Below, piece by piece: positions 13,236 to 26,300 of a stretch of DNA of 64,000 nt (positions are counted from its first letter, which is position 1; the number at the start of each line of letters is the position of its first letter). The position numbers were made by a program, and so were the translations under genes. The notes beneath the pieces are model-generated. The model made no database searches, had not been told where the DNA came from, and was given only the letters and a program-made list of their open reading frames with translations. The stretch is from Octopus sinensis (lineage: Eukaryota). The DNA is taken from contig NC_042998.1 of assembly GCF_006345805.1 (NCBI RefSeq), forward strand, positions 187,302,001-187,366,000, given 5' to 3'.

Positions 13236-13369
13236 TTTATATATATATATATATATATGTGCATATATATATATGTATATATGTATATGAGTGTATATGT
13301 ATATATATATATAAGTATATATTTATATAGGTATATGTGTGTATACATGTATATATTTAGGTGTCTTGC

Positions 13370-14160
13370 AGACAACTTGCACATGCAAGTCAAAAACTCC
13401 ACATACTGGAAGCCAGCAAGTGTATGGGGTCATCAGGAAAGAATGCGCGCTGTTTCGGGGCCTACCTCTCGACGGCATCAATGCGCACCCCCCCCCCCCC
13501 ACTGATATGAGGTCCTGCTTGCTAGATCAGCTGGTTATCAAATAAAGCTCAATATTCTTCTAGCCATTGTTCATCATCTCTTTTTAACCAAATCCAGTGG
13601 CTAGCCTTCTCCACTGTAGTTTTGGATATCGGTCATGGTGGTATTGACTTTATGATGAGTTAGGCCTAACGATAACAACAGTCATCTCACACTGTGTCCA
13701 ACGAACCCTCTACATCCGACTTTGATTCGAAAATGCTCTGCTTTCCAGCTTGCGTCTTCACATTCCTTGAGGAGGTTTACATAACGGTCAATCTTTCGGG
13801 CCTGAACGGTGTCCATATTATCTTCATGAGGAACCGTTAATTCTACTTGATTTACAACTTTCCTTCTTTCACACCACATCAAAATGTCTGTTTCTTTTGT
13901 AATTGGGATGGGAAAGAATCCTGACACCCAGGTAAATCTGCAGTCACCTCCCAATAGCCGTTCCACTTTTCATCTGTCACAGGAAGTTTCTTGATCTTCT
14001 TGAAACGGATCCGCTGACCTGATTGCACAAAGGTAACGAAATCTCTAGATGGTACTTTTAACGTTTTTTTTTCTCAGTGTTGTTGAGATGAATTTGGTTC
14101 TTTATAGCATTGAAGATAACCTTAAGGACTAAGTTGTGTCTCCATGTATACCTGTTCCAT
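13370..14160 (-). mobile_element. RLE-type (HERO/R2-group) non-LTR retrotransposon 3' end
   Basis: RYTWRHNLVL followed by DI.MW...VELTVPHEDN...RKIDRY...KVGCRGFV: zinc-knuckle tail and restriction-like endonuclease motifs; decayed. Confidence 0.85.
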
Positions 14161-15181
14161 GCTATGTGTGTATACATGTATATATTTATATACATGTGTA
14201 TATAGATGTATATATATATTTGCATATATGTATCATCATCATTTAACATCTGCTTTCCCTGCTAGTATGGGTTGGACAATTTGACTGAGGTCTGGCAAAC
14301 CAGATATATTTATATATAGTGATGTTCTGCATATGTAGTGTACATTGAAAATATAGCTATTCAACTGCAACGTTGTTCATTTCTCTCAAGATATTTCATG
14401 TCCTGCTTGTAGACAATATTTTACCTCTTATACAGTTGCTCGATTTTATGTGGAACCACGCTGCTATCTACAATAATTAATTTGAATCCTATATTTCAAA
14501 TAATGCAAACAAATCACAACACTTATGAGCCAGGGAGATGTTATTTAAATTTCGTAAGAAATATCAGCCAAATCCTTTTCAATCACCCCCAACTGTCTTG
14601 AAAAAAAATGGACACCTTATATAATGTTGTCTTATGCTTCCTGCATATAAGAAAAAGATTGAATGGTTACAACTGCAATCCTTTTGATGGGTTTACTCAG
14701 GGTTAAACAACTACACCCTGTTGAGTAGCTGCTGCTTGTAACAAGTGAAATCTAATGAAACTTATAACTGTATGAAAGTAATTAGTATTTAAAAGTTACT
14801 TTGAATCTCCTATTTCCTTTTCATCGCTTGCAAAAATTTCTAGGTTTATTTTAAGTGATTTTATTAAATATGCTATGAGTTATATATAAGGTTACTTATT
14901 TGAATTGCAATTGAATGATACTTTAACATAAATGTGAAAAGTCTAATCTTTTATGTGGGTGTATCAAGAAAACATATCTTCAGAACCAAAAGGAGTTTTT
15001 CATTGAGATGTTAATTCGTGTTCAATTTATAGTTGAATGATTTATAAACTAACAGTCAATGATGATGATATGAATAGTAGCAACATTGTAGGAGTTTGAT
15101 ACTATTTCAGTTTTTATACTAATTTATTTCGTTTTTGGACTTGGTGTGCAAGATTCTTTATATGAGTTTGTGTGTTGAAGC

Positions 15182-15469
15182 ATATTCTGTTGTGTCTGGG
15201 GAAAGTCATTTTCTTTTTGTGCCTTATAATATAACACACTCACCAGTAAAATTTCCACTTATTTTTTATTTTTATTGTCCTAAAATTTTCGTTGCATCTT
15301 GCAACCTTTTCATTAGTTTTGACTCTCAGAGTCAAAACTTTTGTAAAGGTTGCAAGACGCAATGAAAATTTTAGGAAAATAAAAATAAGAAAAAAGTGGA
15401 AATTTTACCGGTGAGTGTGTTACATAAGGCACAAAAAGAAAATGACTCTCCCCAGACACAACAGAATAT
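15182..15469. repeat. 288-bp near-perfect palindrome of pLTR-like repeat
   Basis: atattctgttgtgtctgggg...agttttgactc / tca / gagtcaaaact...ccccagacacaacagaatat; ~143-bp arms with scattered mismatches. Confidence 0.93.
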
Positions 15470-17259
15470 ACTAATTTAGTCTGTCCAAAAATTGCTTGTA
15501 TGGAAATGAGTTATTGAACCTTATGTATAAAAATTATTTCTTGTTCAGGCTAATAGTAGAATTAGCTTTAGAGTAAGTTGTAACATGAAAAAGAGGATGT
15601 TCCAAGACATCGATGAAAATGCTAGTTAACTTGATATTAAATGCAATCTGTTTCACGTCAGAAATGCTGACTTTTCTGCTACTTTAAGACTGAAAAATTA
15701 TGTTGTGTATTTTCCCCCAAATCATTCTTTTATTATACCTCTTAATGATCATTCGCTTAAATCCTATATATTTTTTTAGTCTAAGATGTGGTATTTTTAA
15801 CCTGTGCATGCCATCAATCTTGATCCTATATTTGTTGAGAGAGGCATCTTGTGTCTCTGGTGAGTTAATCTACATAAGTTGTGTTTGGACAACCTGCTCA
15901 AGTTCAGCCATGTTTTGGCATCCAGAATAGGTCACTTGCCAGCTCTTGTTCAGTTCACTAGCAATGTCCTGCTAAGCACAAGCACCTTTCCATTACAATG
16001 GTGGAAACAGGTAGGAGATTTCCATAGAGCTGTTTCTTAATGGGATGAGTTCTCCAAGACATGTTTAAGACTCGGGTATAAGTTCCATCTAGCTTGGATT
16101 ACAGTTTTTCAGTAAGCATCCAGGCTGTTGTTCCATATGAAAGGATATAAGGTCTAATCATTCTGAAACTTGCCAGAATTGTTGCCACAACACTTTCTAT
16201 TTTCAATTAACGAAAATTTCACCTGTTCACTCTCCTGCTTTTCTTTACCAAACTTAGTCATTAATAAGATAATGTGTTTTTGCTTTGATTACAGGTGTAC
16301 TTTTAATTAATCTGTTTTCTTTGTTCTCTACATCATGTTAATGCTCAATTTACTACTATTGATATCTGTTAGTGTATTATATGAGAGGTGATTGACTATA
16401 TTAGTGGTTGATTATACTGTTGTATTATGTAAGATATTATTGATTAAGAGGTGTGGTGATTGATTTTATTGGCATATTGTATGAAAGAAGTGATTAGATT
16501 GTGTTTAACTCCATTTTGTTTTTTCTTGACATGGAGCAACTAAATGACTTGGGACCTGTTCTTGACTGCTAGGGGGAACTGAAGCTCATATAATAGCCCC
16601 ACCCCCAGTTGGTTTGAACTTAGTGGACAATTTCATTTTTACTGACTAGACTGGTTGAAAACAACCATGTTAGTTAACTGTAGTAAAGATGCATACATCG
16701 ATCAAAGATGGTTTTATTGGTGATTGAAAGTTTCACCTTAAACTGATCATGGTAAAATTCAACACAGTACGTACATTGCATGGTATTTCCAGTGTCTGAG
16801 AATTTCATTGCAAGGTAAATTATATTGTGTGCTGATACATGGTCAGTCATAAGTTTCTTCTCAGAGTCAAGAAAATTTCATCCTACAATCTGCAAATTTT
16901 TCACAACTCTCAATAAAGAAACTGTAATAAAAATGAAATAATATATCTCTGAAGAAATTCCACATTACCAAAGAGAATATAAAGACAGTACATCAAGAAT
17001 TTAGTGTATCATCAATGAATACCAAACGAAACAGTGAATTATTCGAGGCATTGTTTGTAATTTATCTTTTTATATTTCTCCTTCCTCCAATTGAAAACAG
17101 CGTTATCTTTTTATTATATTTTCTTTTATGGTTTTTGAAAGTAACTTGATCCCCCCACAAACACACACATCTCTTCTACTGCAAAACACTTATTTCTGTC
17201 CCTCTATCATAGTTTAAGCTCTCATCACCTTGCGCAAAGCTATCTCCCCCATCTCAATT

Positions 17260-17490
17260 GAGAGGTCTTTGTCTTGTAAGTTACTTGGTGACCTCATTCA
17301 TGCTGGTGCCATGTAAAAAGCACCCGGCACACTCTGTAAAGCGGTTGGTGTGAGGAAGGGTATCCAGTCATAGAAACCATGCCAATACCGGCAGTAGAGA
17401 GCTTAGTGCAGTCTTCTGACTTGCCAGATCCTGTCAAACTATCCAGCTCATACCATCATGGAAAACAGATGTTAAATGATGATGATGATA
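17260..17490 (+). mobile_element. Family C 3' end, diverged
   Basis: gtgccatgtaaaaagcac...ggaagggtatccag...catggaaaacagatgttaaatgatgatgat. Confidence 0.75.
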
Positions 17491-18717
17491 TACATACCTC
17501 CCTACCTACCTATATATATATAATGCTGAACTTCATCCTTATTAATGGAATGCAGAGTATTTATTTTGTAAATAAAATTGCAAATAATGTTTAGCAATGT
17601 ATTTACTCTGGTAATAACAATCATGACTATGAATTTACCAACAGTTTATTTGGCATGATGTTGAATTTACTCACAATGTATTGGCATGTGACATAATTAC
17701 CTTGCAATGAAATTACAGACGGTGTAATTTATCGTGATGTAATTACCCATGATTAATTTAAAATGATAGATTTACTGGATACTGAAAAGAATGGTTTACA
17801 GATTTAGTCAATTTCTGCATGTGATTTCATTTTATATTGCTTTCCTCTCAGACCCTTTCCCTTTTATTTGAGAATATATGCCACAAAACGTGGTAGTTAC
17901 AGATCTGTGGTCTGATCTAAAATATACTAAACTTAATATTTCAATTCTAAATGATAACATGTGATACTTGCTAGACATTATAACTGCTCTTTGATTTAGT
18001 AAAAGAAGAACAATCCCTTTCACAAGACTCTGACTCAATGTCTGTTTTTTGCTGAGTGACTATATTACCAATGATTAGGCTGCAGAACACTTGTTTGTTT
18101 CTGCTATTTAAGCTGAACTATTTTGTCTTCAGAGATAATTCGTATAAAGTATTTCCCCACATAGCACTCATAGGATAGGCTTATTATCTTAATGCCCAAC
18201 TTACAATGTCTAATATAATTTAAAGCAAAAAACTGGCAGTGTTGTTAGAATATTGAGCAAAATGCCTTGTGATATTTATTCTGTCACCTTGTGTTCTGAG
18301 TTCAAATCTCAGCAAGGTCAGTTTTGTCTTTCATCTCCTGAGATTGATAAAGCACCAATCTTGGATGGTAGACTAGCTGGATTGTTAGTGGGTAGCCTAT
18401 CTGGTGGGTAGCCTTATGCTATTTGTACTGCTCTGATGGGATAGAAATGTATAGAAATAGAACCTTACAAATATATAGAATTGGGAGGTAGAATGAGAAA
18501 TCGGTGTTGTTATAATGTAAAGGAGTAGGAAGTTTGTAAATCCATTTAAATCAAAGAATTGAAATTGAGAAATAGGCACTCGTTCTTTGCTTCTTTTTTA
18601 GGGACATAGATGTGTAAAAAGAAAGTAAATTTAATAAGTTGACATAGCTAACAGTTTAAGTTTTGATTTAGAGAAAGTACAGGTGCGAATAGCTTGAAGT
18701 GCTAGTATTATATCTGT

Positions 18718-18749
<32 letters not shown>

Positions 18750-20560
18750 CTCATACGTACATGCCAAAACATGTTGAAGATGTTTATTGATTTCAATTGT
18801 TGCAGATATAGTCTCTCTTTTTCTTTTATGTTGAGGTTCATAGATCAGAGAGAGAGAGAGAATAATTTATTAGATTGACCTATTTCAGTTGTGTCATAAC
18901 TTCAAATTTTGTTCTTTTTTTAGTAGTATGTATTTGATTAAGCAGTAACTGTGTCTCTGTTCTAATTATTAAGGTGTATCATTGTGTTACTATTAGCCAG
19001 AGTAAGTGATTCCAAAAATGGGTTCTACTCTCCTATATCCTGGGATGGGCATTCGAGTTGCTTGAAAGAAGTTTATGAATGTAAGCAAATGTAAGAGTAC
19101 ATGAGGTTTATTCTTATTCTTTTGAAATTTTTTGTTATTATTTTCCAGTGTTGCATGACTTAATCTTCTTGGTTGGCTGAATACACTTAGAAATCACTGA
19201 ACTATGGTTGTTAGAAAGTATATCCTTCTCTTGCTGATATTTTTGTATTGCTGTGTCGTTGTACTTTGAGTTGTTACCTAATATAGCTAAAGAGTTTGGT
19301 TGTTTAGCTAGGTTTTGTGAATTATATGACTAAGTATTGACTTTTAAAATCAACCATTTTCTTCAGATTTGTTCTTTCAGTAATCTTATCCTCTCAAATA
19401 TCAACATTTATAAAATATCTTTTGAGTTTCACACAAAATAGTTTCCTCTTCAGCTATGTAAATAATTGTTGAAGTTGAGCAATAAAGTGTTGACCTGCAA
19501 ATCAGCTACTTCAACACTGGTTTTCTTCATCAATTTACTTTTAAAAGAATCCCTATATTTACTTCATTATTGAATATTTGGTTTTAGAAAGAACAGCGTT
19601 TCCAGAATTTTATTTAAACATTTGTGTTTCTAAATAAGAAAGTTGCTTAGTTTGACAACATTCTCAAGATGACTCTAAGAAGTTTGTAGTATTAGTTTCA
19701 TTGTCATTTTGATATGGCATCGGTCACTTTGACAACTTTACAGAGAATACTTCAGCAAGTCTAGTGAAAGCTAGGTTTCAGTGATGAGCTCAAAATAAGA
19801 CAAAAATGTGCCCAGAGTTGTCTCATACTTACTCAAACATTAGTAACTATCTTTGTTTTCTCATTGAATTCTCCTAGTTAGTCTTTTAATGTTTTATGTA
19901 TTAAATGTATTACCATTATCTTACCAATGGGTTAGATCTGTTTGATTTACTTTTATAATCATATCATGGGAATTACATGTTTAGAAAACTTATATATTGC
20001 TCTGGGTTTCTCTGAATAAAATTAAGCAATGTTAGTTTGGGAAAACCTGTTTTGGGAAACATTAATCAACCGATCCTATGCCAATGTAATAAAAACTCCC
20101 AGTGCTCTACAAGTGCATAAAATATGAGAAAATCCAGAAGAACCAAAATACTGTTTACTTTGTATCAAATTATATATTGACTTACTGTTAATTGAGTTAT
20201 CTGATTATGTTAACTTTTCCCTGTGACTAGTTAGCAATTCAACTGAAGTAAATAAGCTCAATGTTTAAAGTCTATGGTATTGCTTTAGAAAGAAGAAAAT
20301 TAAATAGGCTATTGATGATAAAAATGTTTGAAGTATCATTATGAAAAGGTATTTAAATTTCCTTGGCTATGGATTTGTATATTTCAATTAACTTTTAAAA
20401 TAATCAGGAATTTTAAGGGATTTGTCATTTTTTTTTATTTGTTGATACATTAGGTTGGTGTTGAAACACAAACAAAAGACAAATGTTTACCTACATATAG
20501 AAGCTATTATTGTTTTCTTTGTCACGGTAAACTTTCAATCAAAATATAATATAGGTAATT

Positions 20561-21510
20561 TCAGGAACTAAGATATGAGACGAGGTGGTGAAGCATGGTT
20601 TTCAATCTTTGAGCCTTACAGAGGCAGTGACTAGCAACCAGGACCTTTGGCAATAGGCTGTGCATGACAAGCTGTGTCAAGCCAAGTGAAATCATAGTTG
20701 TGACTGATGCTGGTAACATATAACTAGCACCCATGCCGGTGGCACGTAAAGAGCACCTTTTGAGCATTGGGCCTGCTCACAGAGGCAAAGTGGCTGAGTC
20801 CCTTTCAAGTGGAAGTGAGTTACTTTTCAAGCATTGGTCCTCGTGGAGGCAAGTACCCTTTCAAGCATTGGGCCTCGAAGACACAAGTACCCTTTTAAGT
20901 GTTGAGCCTCATGGAGATACGTTGCTCCACGAGTGTTGGGCCTCATGGAGGCACGTTTCCCCCTCGAGCATTGGGCCTCATGGAGGCTCGTTGTCCTGTG
21001 AGTGCTGGTCCTCATGGAGGCAAGTTCGCCCTTGAGCACTGGTCCTTGCGGAGGTAAGTTCACCTTTGAGCAGTGAGCCTCGCGGAGGCAAGTTTGCCCT
21101 CGAGCAATGGGCCTCGTGGAGGCAAGTTTGCCCTCGATTAGTGGGCCTTGTTGAGGCGAGTTCGCCCTCGAGCGGTGGGATTCACAGAGGCAAGTTTGCC
21201 CTTTAGCACTGGGCCTCGTGGAAGTAATGACTGAGACCTTTGGCATTTTGTCATGCTTGAGAAGAAGACCCATCAGGCCAAGTAAAATTACAGTCATGGC
21301 AGATACTGGTGTCACACAAATGGCACTTGTGATGGTGGCATGTAAAAGCAGCCATTACACTCTCGGAGTGGTTGGTATTAAGAAAGGCATCAAACCGTGG
21401 AAACCATGCCAAATCAAACTGGTGTCTGTTGCAGCCTTCCAGCTTGCCAGCTCTGGTCAAACCATCCAACCCATGCCAGCATGAACAACGGACATTTGAT
21501 GATGATGATG
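20561..21510 (+). mobile_element. RTE LINE 3' end (ORF C-terminus + 3' UTR) with internal tandem expansion
   Basis: DEVVKHG.QSLSLTEAVTSNQDLWQ-like RTE C-terminus, family C 3' UTR and (GAT)n tail. Confidence 0.75.
20825..21225. repeat. Diverged 34-bp minisatellite, about 12 copies
   Basis: Consensus near gcaagtttgccctcgagcaytgggcctcgtggag; period confirmed at 21087, 21121, 21155 and 21189. Confidence 0.9.
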
Positions 21511-21904
21511 ATATATATACACACACAAACACATATTTGTTTCTGTTTATCCTCCATACCATTTGACAACCAGTTTTGGTTTGTTTACGTCCCTATTAAC
21601 AATTCAACAAAAGAGACTGTTAGAATATGCACCAGGCTTTGGGCTTGATTCATTCAACTTAAAGCCCTTCAAAGCAGTGCCTAACATGGGGTTACAGTCC
21701 AATGGTGTGAAGCAAGTAAATGATTAGGACATAAGCCATTGTTGTTTAACTCTAATTTTTTATATCCTATCCCTATTCTTCCTCCTATTTCTTTCTAAGC
21801 CAATTCAGAGTTTTATGGTTGATTTCCACTTTGAAAAAAAAAAAAAAACCTCCACTTAGTATGAGCAAATACAATGTAAATGCTAAGCAGAAGCGGTGGT
21901 ACAA

Positions 21905-22210
21905 AAGAGAACCATCCGAGCGTGGCCGTTGCCAGCGCCACCCCAACTGGCCTCCGTGCAGGTGGCACGTAAAAAAGCACCATCCGATCGTGGCCGTTTG
22001 CCAGCCTCGTCTGGCACCTGTGCCGGTGGCACGTAAAAAGCACCCACTACACTCACAGAGTGATTGGCGTTAGGAAGGGCATCCAGCTGTAGAAACACTG
22101 CCAGATCAGACTGGGCCTGGTGCAGCCTTCTGGCTTCCCAGACCCCAGTTGAACCGTCCAACCCATGCTAGCATGGAAAGCGGACGTTAAATGATGATGA
22201 TGATGATGAT
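21905..22210 (+). mobile_element. Young family C copy
   Basis: CpG-rich, duplicated ggtggcacgtaaaaagcac, ends ggacgttaaat(GAT)n. Confidence 0.88.
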
Positions 22211-22312
22211 ACCCTTGTGTTTTTTAAATTTTAATTTTTATATCAAATAAAAAAAAGAGGACATTTGTAACTTTTTATAGTTATTTTGTAATGCTGTTAC
22301 AATGTGTGTGCA

Positions 22313-22533
22313 CTTACTCTTTACACTTTTACTCTTTTACTTGTTTCAGTCATTTGACTGCGGCCATGTTGGAGCACCGCCTTTTAGTCGAGCAAATCGA
22401 CCCCGGGACTTATTCTTTGTAAACCCAGTACTTATTCTATCGGTCTCTTTTGCCGAACCGCTAAGTGACGGGGATGTAAACACACCAGCATCGGTTGTCA
22501 AGCTATGCTAGGGGAACAATCACAGACACACAA

Positions 22534-22566
<33 letters not shown>

Positions 22567-22737
22567 CATATATACGACAGGCTTCTTTCAGTTTCCGTCT
22601 ACCAAATCCACTCACAAAGGCATTGGTCGGCCTGGGGCTATAGCAGAAGACACTTGCCCAAGATGCCACGCAGTGGGACTGAACCCAGAACCATGTGGTT
22701 GGTTAGCAAGCTACTTACCACACAGCCACTCCTGCGC
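22313..22737 (-). mobile_element. tRNA-derived SINE, family B (CORE-like segment)
   Basis: Head gcaggagtggctgtgtggtaag, ggttcagtccc B-box, cttgggcaagtgtctt, internal (TA/TG)n, (gagtaaaa)n tail. Confidence 0.92.
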
Positions 22738-22863
22738 ACTTGTTTATATTTAATTTCCAAGTTCATTAATATAAACAAACTCTAAGAATAGTGTACGATT
22801 TCAGTGTAAATTTCAATGACATCTATCTGATGTTGATAAACTTGCGATAATGCTATCTAATGC

Positions 22864-22899
<36 letters not shown>

Positions 22900-25039
22900 T
22901 TTTGTCATTTTAAGGATGTTTATTTCTGTCCTATCTTGTTTTGATTTTAATAACCATTTCTAATGGCTCTTCTAATTGTTCTAACATACACTTACACACG
23001 CATGCATACACTTACACACGCATGCATACACATACATTTTCAATTTGATCTTGATTTATCTTTCAAGGTGAGAAATATGAAATTTGGCAGTTAGGTTAAC
23101 CCCGTTGCTTACATCTCTGACATCATTATTATTTATAATTATCATTGTTGTTGTTGTTGTTCTTGTTTGTTTCAATATGCAGGCATTATGTTAGGCATAC
23201 TTAGAATGTTTCTTTATATACCATTCTCTGGAGATACTGCTACTTATACAAGTATGTTTGCATACTCTAGTTGATATCTCATCATCATCTATTACATTCC
23301 ATGGGTGCCATAGTAGTCAAGGCTGTCTACTATAAACTGCTTGCTCAACGTTTTCCTTTTCTGTTGTATTTACCACGTGAAATCTGTGTGATATTATTTG
23401 TTTGTCTGGCATTTGTCCTTGATTATTTTCTACCCTCCTCTGAGGTATTAAGTCTCATTAATTTGTAAATGAAGTGGTGTAAAAGCTGCCACTTCATACG
23501 CACTTTCTCTCCCATCTCTGTTTTATTCTCCCGCTCTGTCTTTTCCTCTTTTCTCAGTTCCTATCTCTTCCTTGCCATCCTCTGCCTTTTTCTCTTTCCA
23601 CACCTCTCTTTCTTCCATGTTCTTTTCTACAATTTTCTCTCACTTTCTCTCCTGCTGAGCCGAATACAGTGTTCCCTGGTTTATTTTCATTTTGCTCAGT
23701 CTTGCTGTACAAGGATATTTTTGTCATTCATTTGACATAGAATTTGTAATTGTTATCTGTTTTGCTTTAAATGATTTTATACTTTTTGTCATTGATTCTT
23801 TTCTTCAAAGTTATCTTCCATTTCAGTGTCTATCTCTATGTCTATTGGCCTCTTTGGAAGTTGCAAAACAGTTTCTTGTTTTATATTTTCTACACTTTTC
23901 TTTTATTAGCCTGTTTCTGTTATCTATTAGATATTTTTAGTCATAAAGGAGTCATTCTATAATAATTTTATGATTGCAGAAGCCTCTTACTGTCTATATT
24001 TGTGGAAAATAATATGTGGCACATCTTAAATATTTAGTTATGTATATTATAGCTAGTTATTACCTGGGCATTTAAAGCATTGAAACCATTTTTGATGCCT
24101 GTATAATCTTTTGTAACCTTTTATTAAATAGATGAGTGTTATGGCCTGGTGGTTAGGGTGTTGCATTCACGATCATGAGAGCATGGTTTCAATTCATAGA
24201 CCAGGTGGTGCGTTGTGTTCTGGAGCAAAACACTTCATCTCGTGCTGCTTTGCAATCACTTTAACACCTGATGCATGGTACACTGCACCTGTTCAGATAA
24301 CGTGGTTTGATGGAGAGCGTGAGCTAATGTGTGACACAAATATTTGATCACTATAAACATATCATTTGTGTGGGTCGTTCAGCAAAAGCTGACCTCTCCT
24401 ATGTTGTCTTTGACAATAGAGTCCATCATATTTTGTCTAGTTCATTGGGTCTTAAGTAAATCCTTGCTTACTGCAGTTTTGATGATGTGATTTTGTTACT
24501 GTTAAATTTATCATAACTTTCCCTTAATTTACACCATATAAATTAATTGCCACATTTTGAAAATGTTGCACAAATGGTTGCAAGTGAATAACTGAGCCAT
24601 CCCACCTTTGCTACTAAGCTTCTATCTCTTGCCTATCACTTATGGACACTGAGGTGGTATACAATTTGTTTCCAAGTTACCATATTATAGAATGACTCCT
24701 TTATGAAATCAAAAATATTATCAACCCTCACATAACCATATCTAGAAGTGAAAGTGACACCACTTTAGAAAATAATAAAACAAGAAGCTAAGTTATTCTA
24801 GGCTTGATCACAGCCAAAACAAAACAAAGAATAAAGAGCATGACAATGTGAATGAGTATTGGGATCAATCTAATTTAGTTTCTAAGTATGCAATATATAT
24901 CACCATCATCATTTAACTTCCATGTTCCATGCTAGCATGGGTTGGACATGGAATCAAATTCTAATAATGGTTGAAATGGAGCATCTATTAATACTTTGTT
25001 GCAAGATTGTAATCAGAAGCAAATTAGTGCTATGCTATC

Positions 25040-26300
25040 AAGAACTTTTTAACAAAACAATAAAGCATCTCTGTCAAGTTACAAAACATCAAAAGATGAG
25101 AGGGACCTTCAATTGAAGCTGGTCTTATTTGCAAACAGTGAATCCTAGGGCTTTAAAAGTATGCAACGAACATTCTCTTTCTCATTTGGTGATGAAATGA
25201 AAATGCCTGAGTTATTAAGTCTTGTTTGAAAGATTGGTTCACATTGCCTTTTTGTCCAGAAGTTGAAAGTCATTGCAAGAAAAATGATTTAACTTTCAAA
25301 GATATTTTGATTCTTGATAATGTTCTTGGTCACCTTGATTAATGATTTTTGTAGTAATGCATAGGCTGTTTTTCTTCTTTTTTTTTGCTAGTTGAATATG
25401 ACATGATTGTTACAGCCCATAAACTAGGAAACAATAGCTCCATTCAAGGTCATTGCCAATTAATGTTATAACTAGAGATGTTATTAATAGTCTGGAATTT
25501 TTGGAAAAAAATTAACATTTTAGGAGTGGCTGTGTGGTAAGTAGCTTGCTAACCAACCACATGGTTCCAGGTTCAGTCCCACTGCGTGGCATCTTGAGCA
25601 AGTGTCTTCTGCTATAGCCCCGGGCCGACCAATGCCTTGTGAGTGGATTTGGTACACAGAAACTGAAAGAAGCCTGTCGTATATATGTATATATGTATGT
25701 GCGTGTATGTGTTTGTGTGTCTGTGTTTGTCTCCCTAGCATTGCTTGACAACCGATGCTAGTGTGTTTACGTCCCTGTCACTTAGCGGTTCGGCAAAAGA
25801 GACCGATAGAATAAGTACTGGGCTTACAAAGAATAAGTCCCGGGGTCGATTTGCTTGACTAAAGGCGGTGCTCCAGCATGGCCGCAGTCAAATGACTGAA
25901 ACAAGTAAAAGAGTAAAAGAGAGAGTATTTGAAAAGCAATTGAAAATAATGAGCCAAGGGAAGATGTGACAGCTAAACATATGACGGCACTTTTGCAGAA
26001 TCTTTTGTTCAAGTGTGCAAATGATTTTAGTTGCTTAAAAAATTCAGTAAACAAAATCATTGATGGAACTAGAAACATTGGAAGAGACTCTAAGCTTCAA
26101 GGGTGTTGATTCAGGAAATGCTTGTGGATTATTGGCTTCACATTTCAAAGATTTAAGTAACAGTAATTTTATTGAAATCAAACATCGTTAGGAATATGAA
26201 GAACAAGAAAGAAAGGAAATTGAAGAAATAAAAATATGTATCAAAGGAAATAACAGTAAAAGTATTTGAATTTGTTTTTGAGGTGCTGGGTTGAGCAGAT
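25040..26300 (+). mobile_element. Highly decayed Tigger/pogo (TIGD1-like) transposase, interrupted by SINE
   Basis: Fragments GDLQLKLVL..NPRALK, FCPEVESHCKKNDL.F..ILILDNVLGH and LLQP....IAPFK resemble DDE_1 motifs (ENPRALK, LLDNAPGH, QPMDQG). Confidence 0.6.
25522..25926 (+). mobile_element. tRNA-derived SINE, family B
   Basis: Full-length, closely matching the reverse complement of 22313-22737. Confidence 0.92.

Noticed and set aside
23040-23075. AG|GTGAG as a recursive splice site
   Set aside because: The acceptor is AAG with a modest pyrimidine tract; expected by chance in a 30-kb AT-rich intron.
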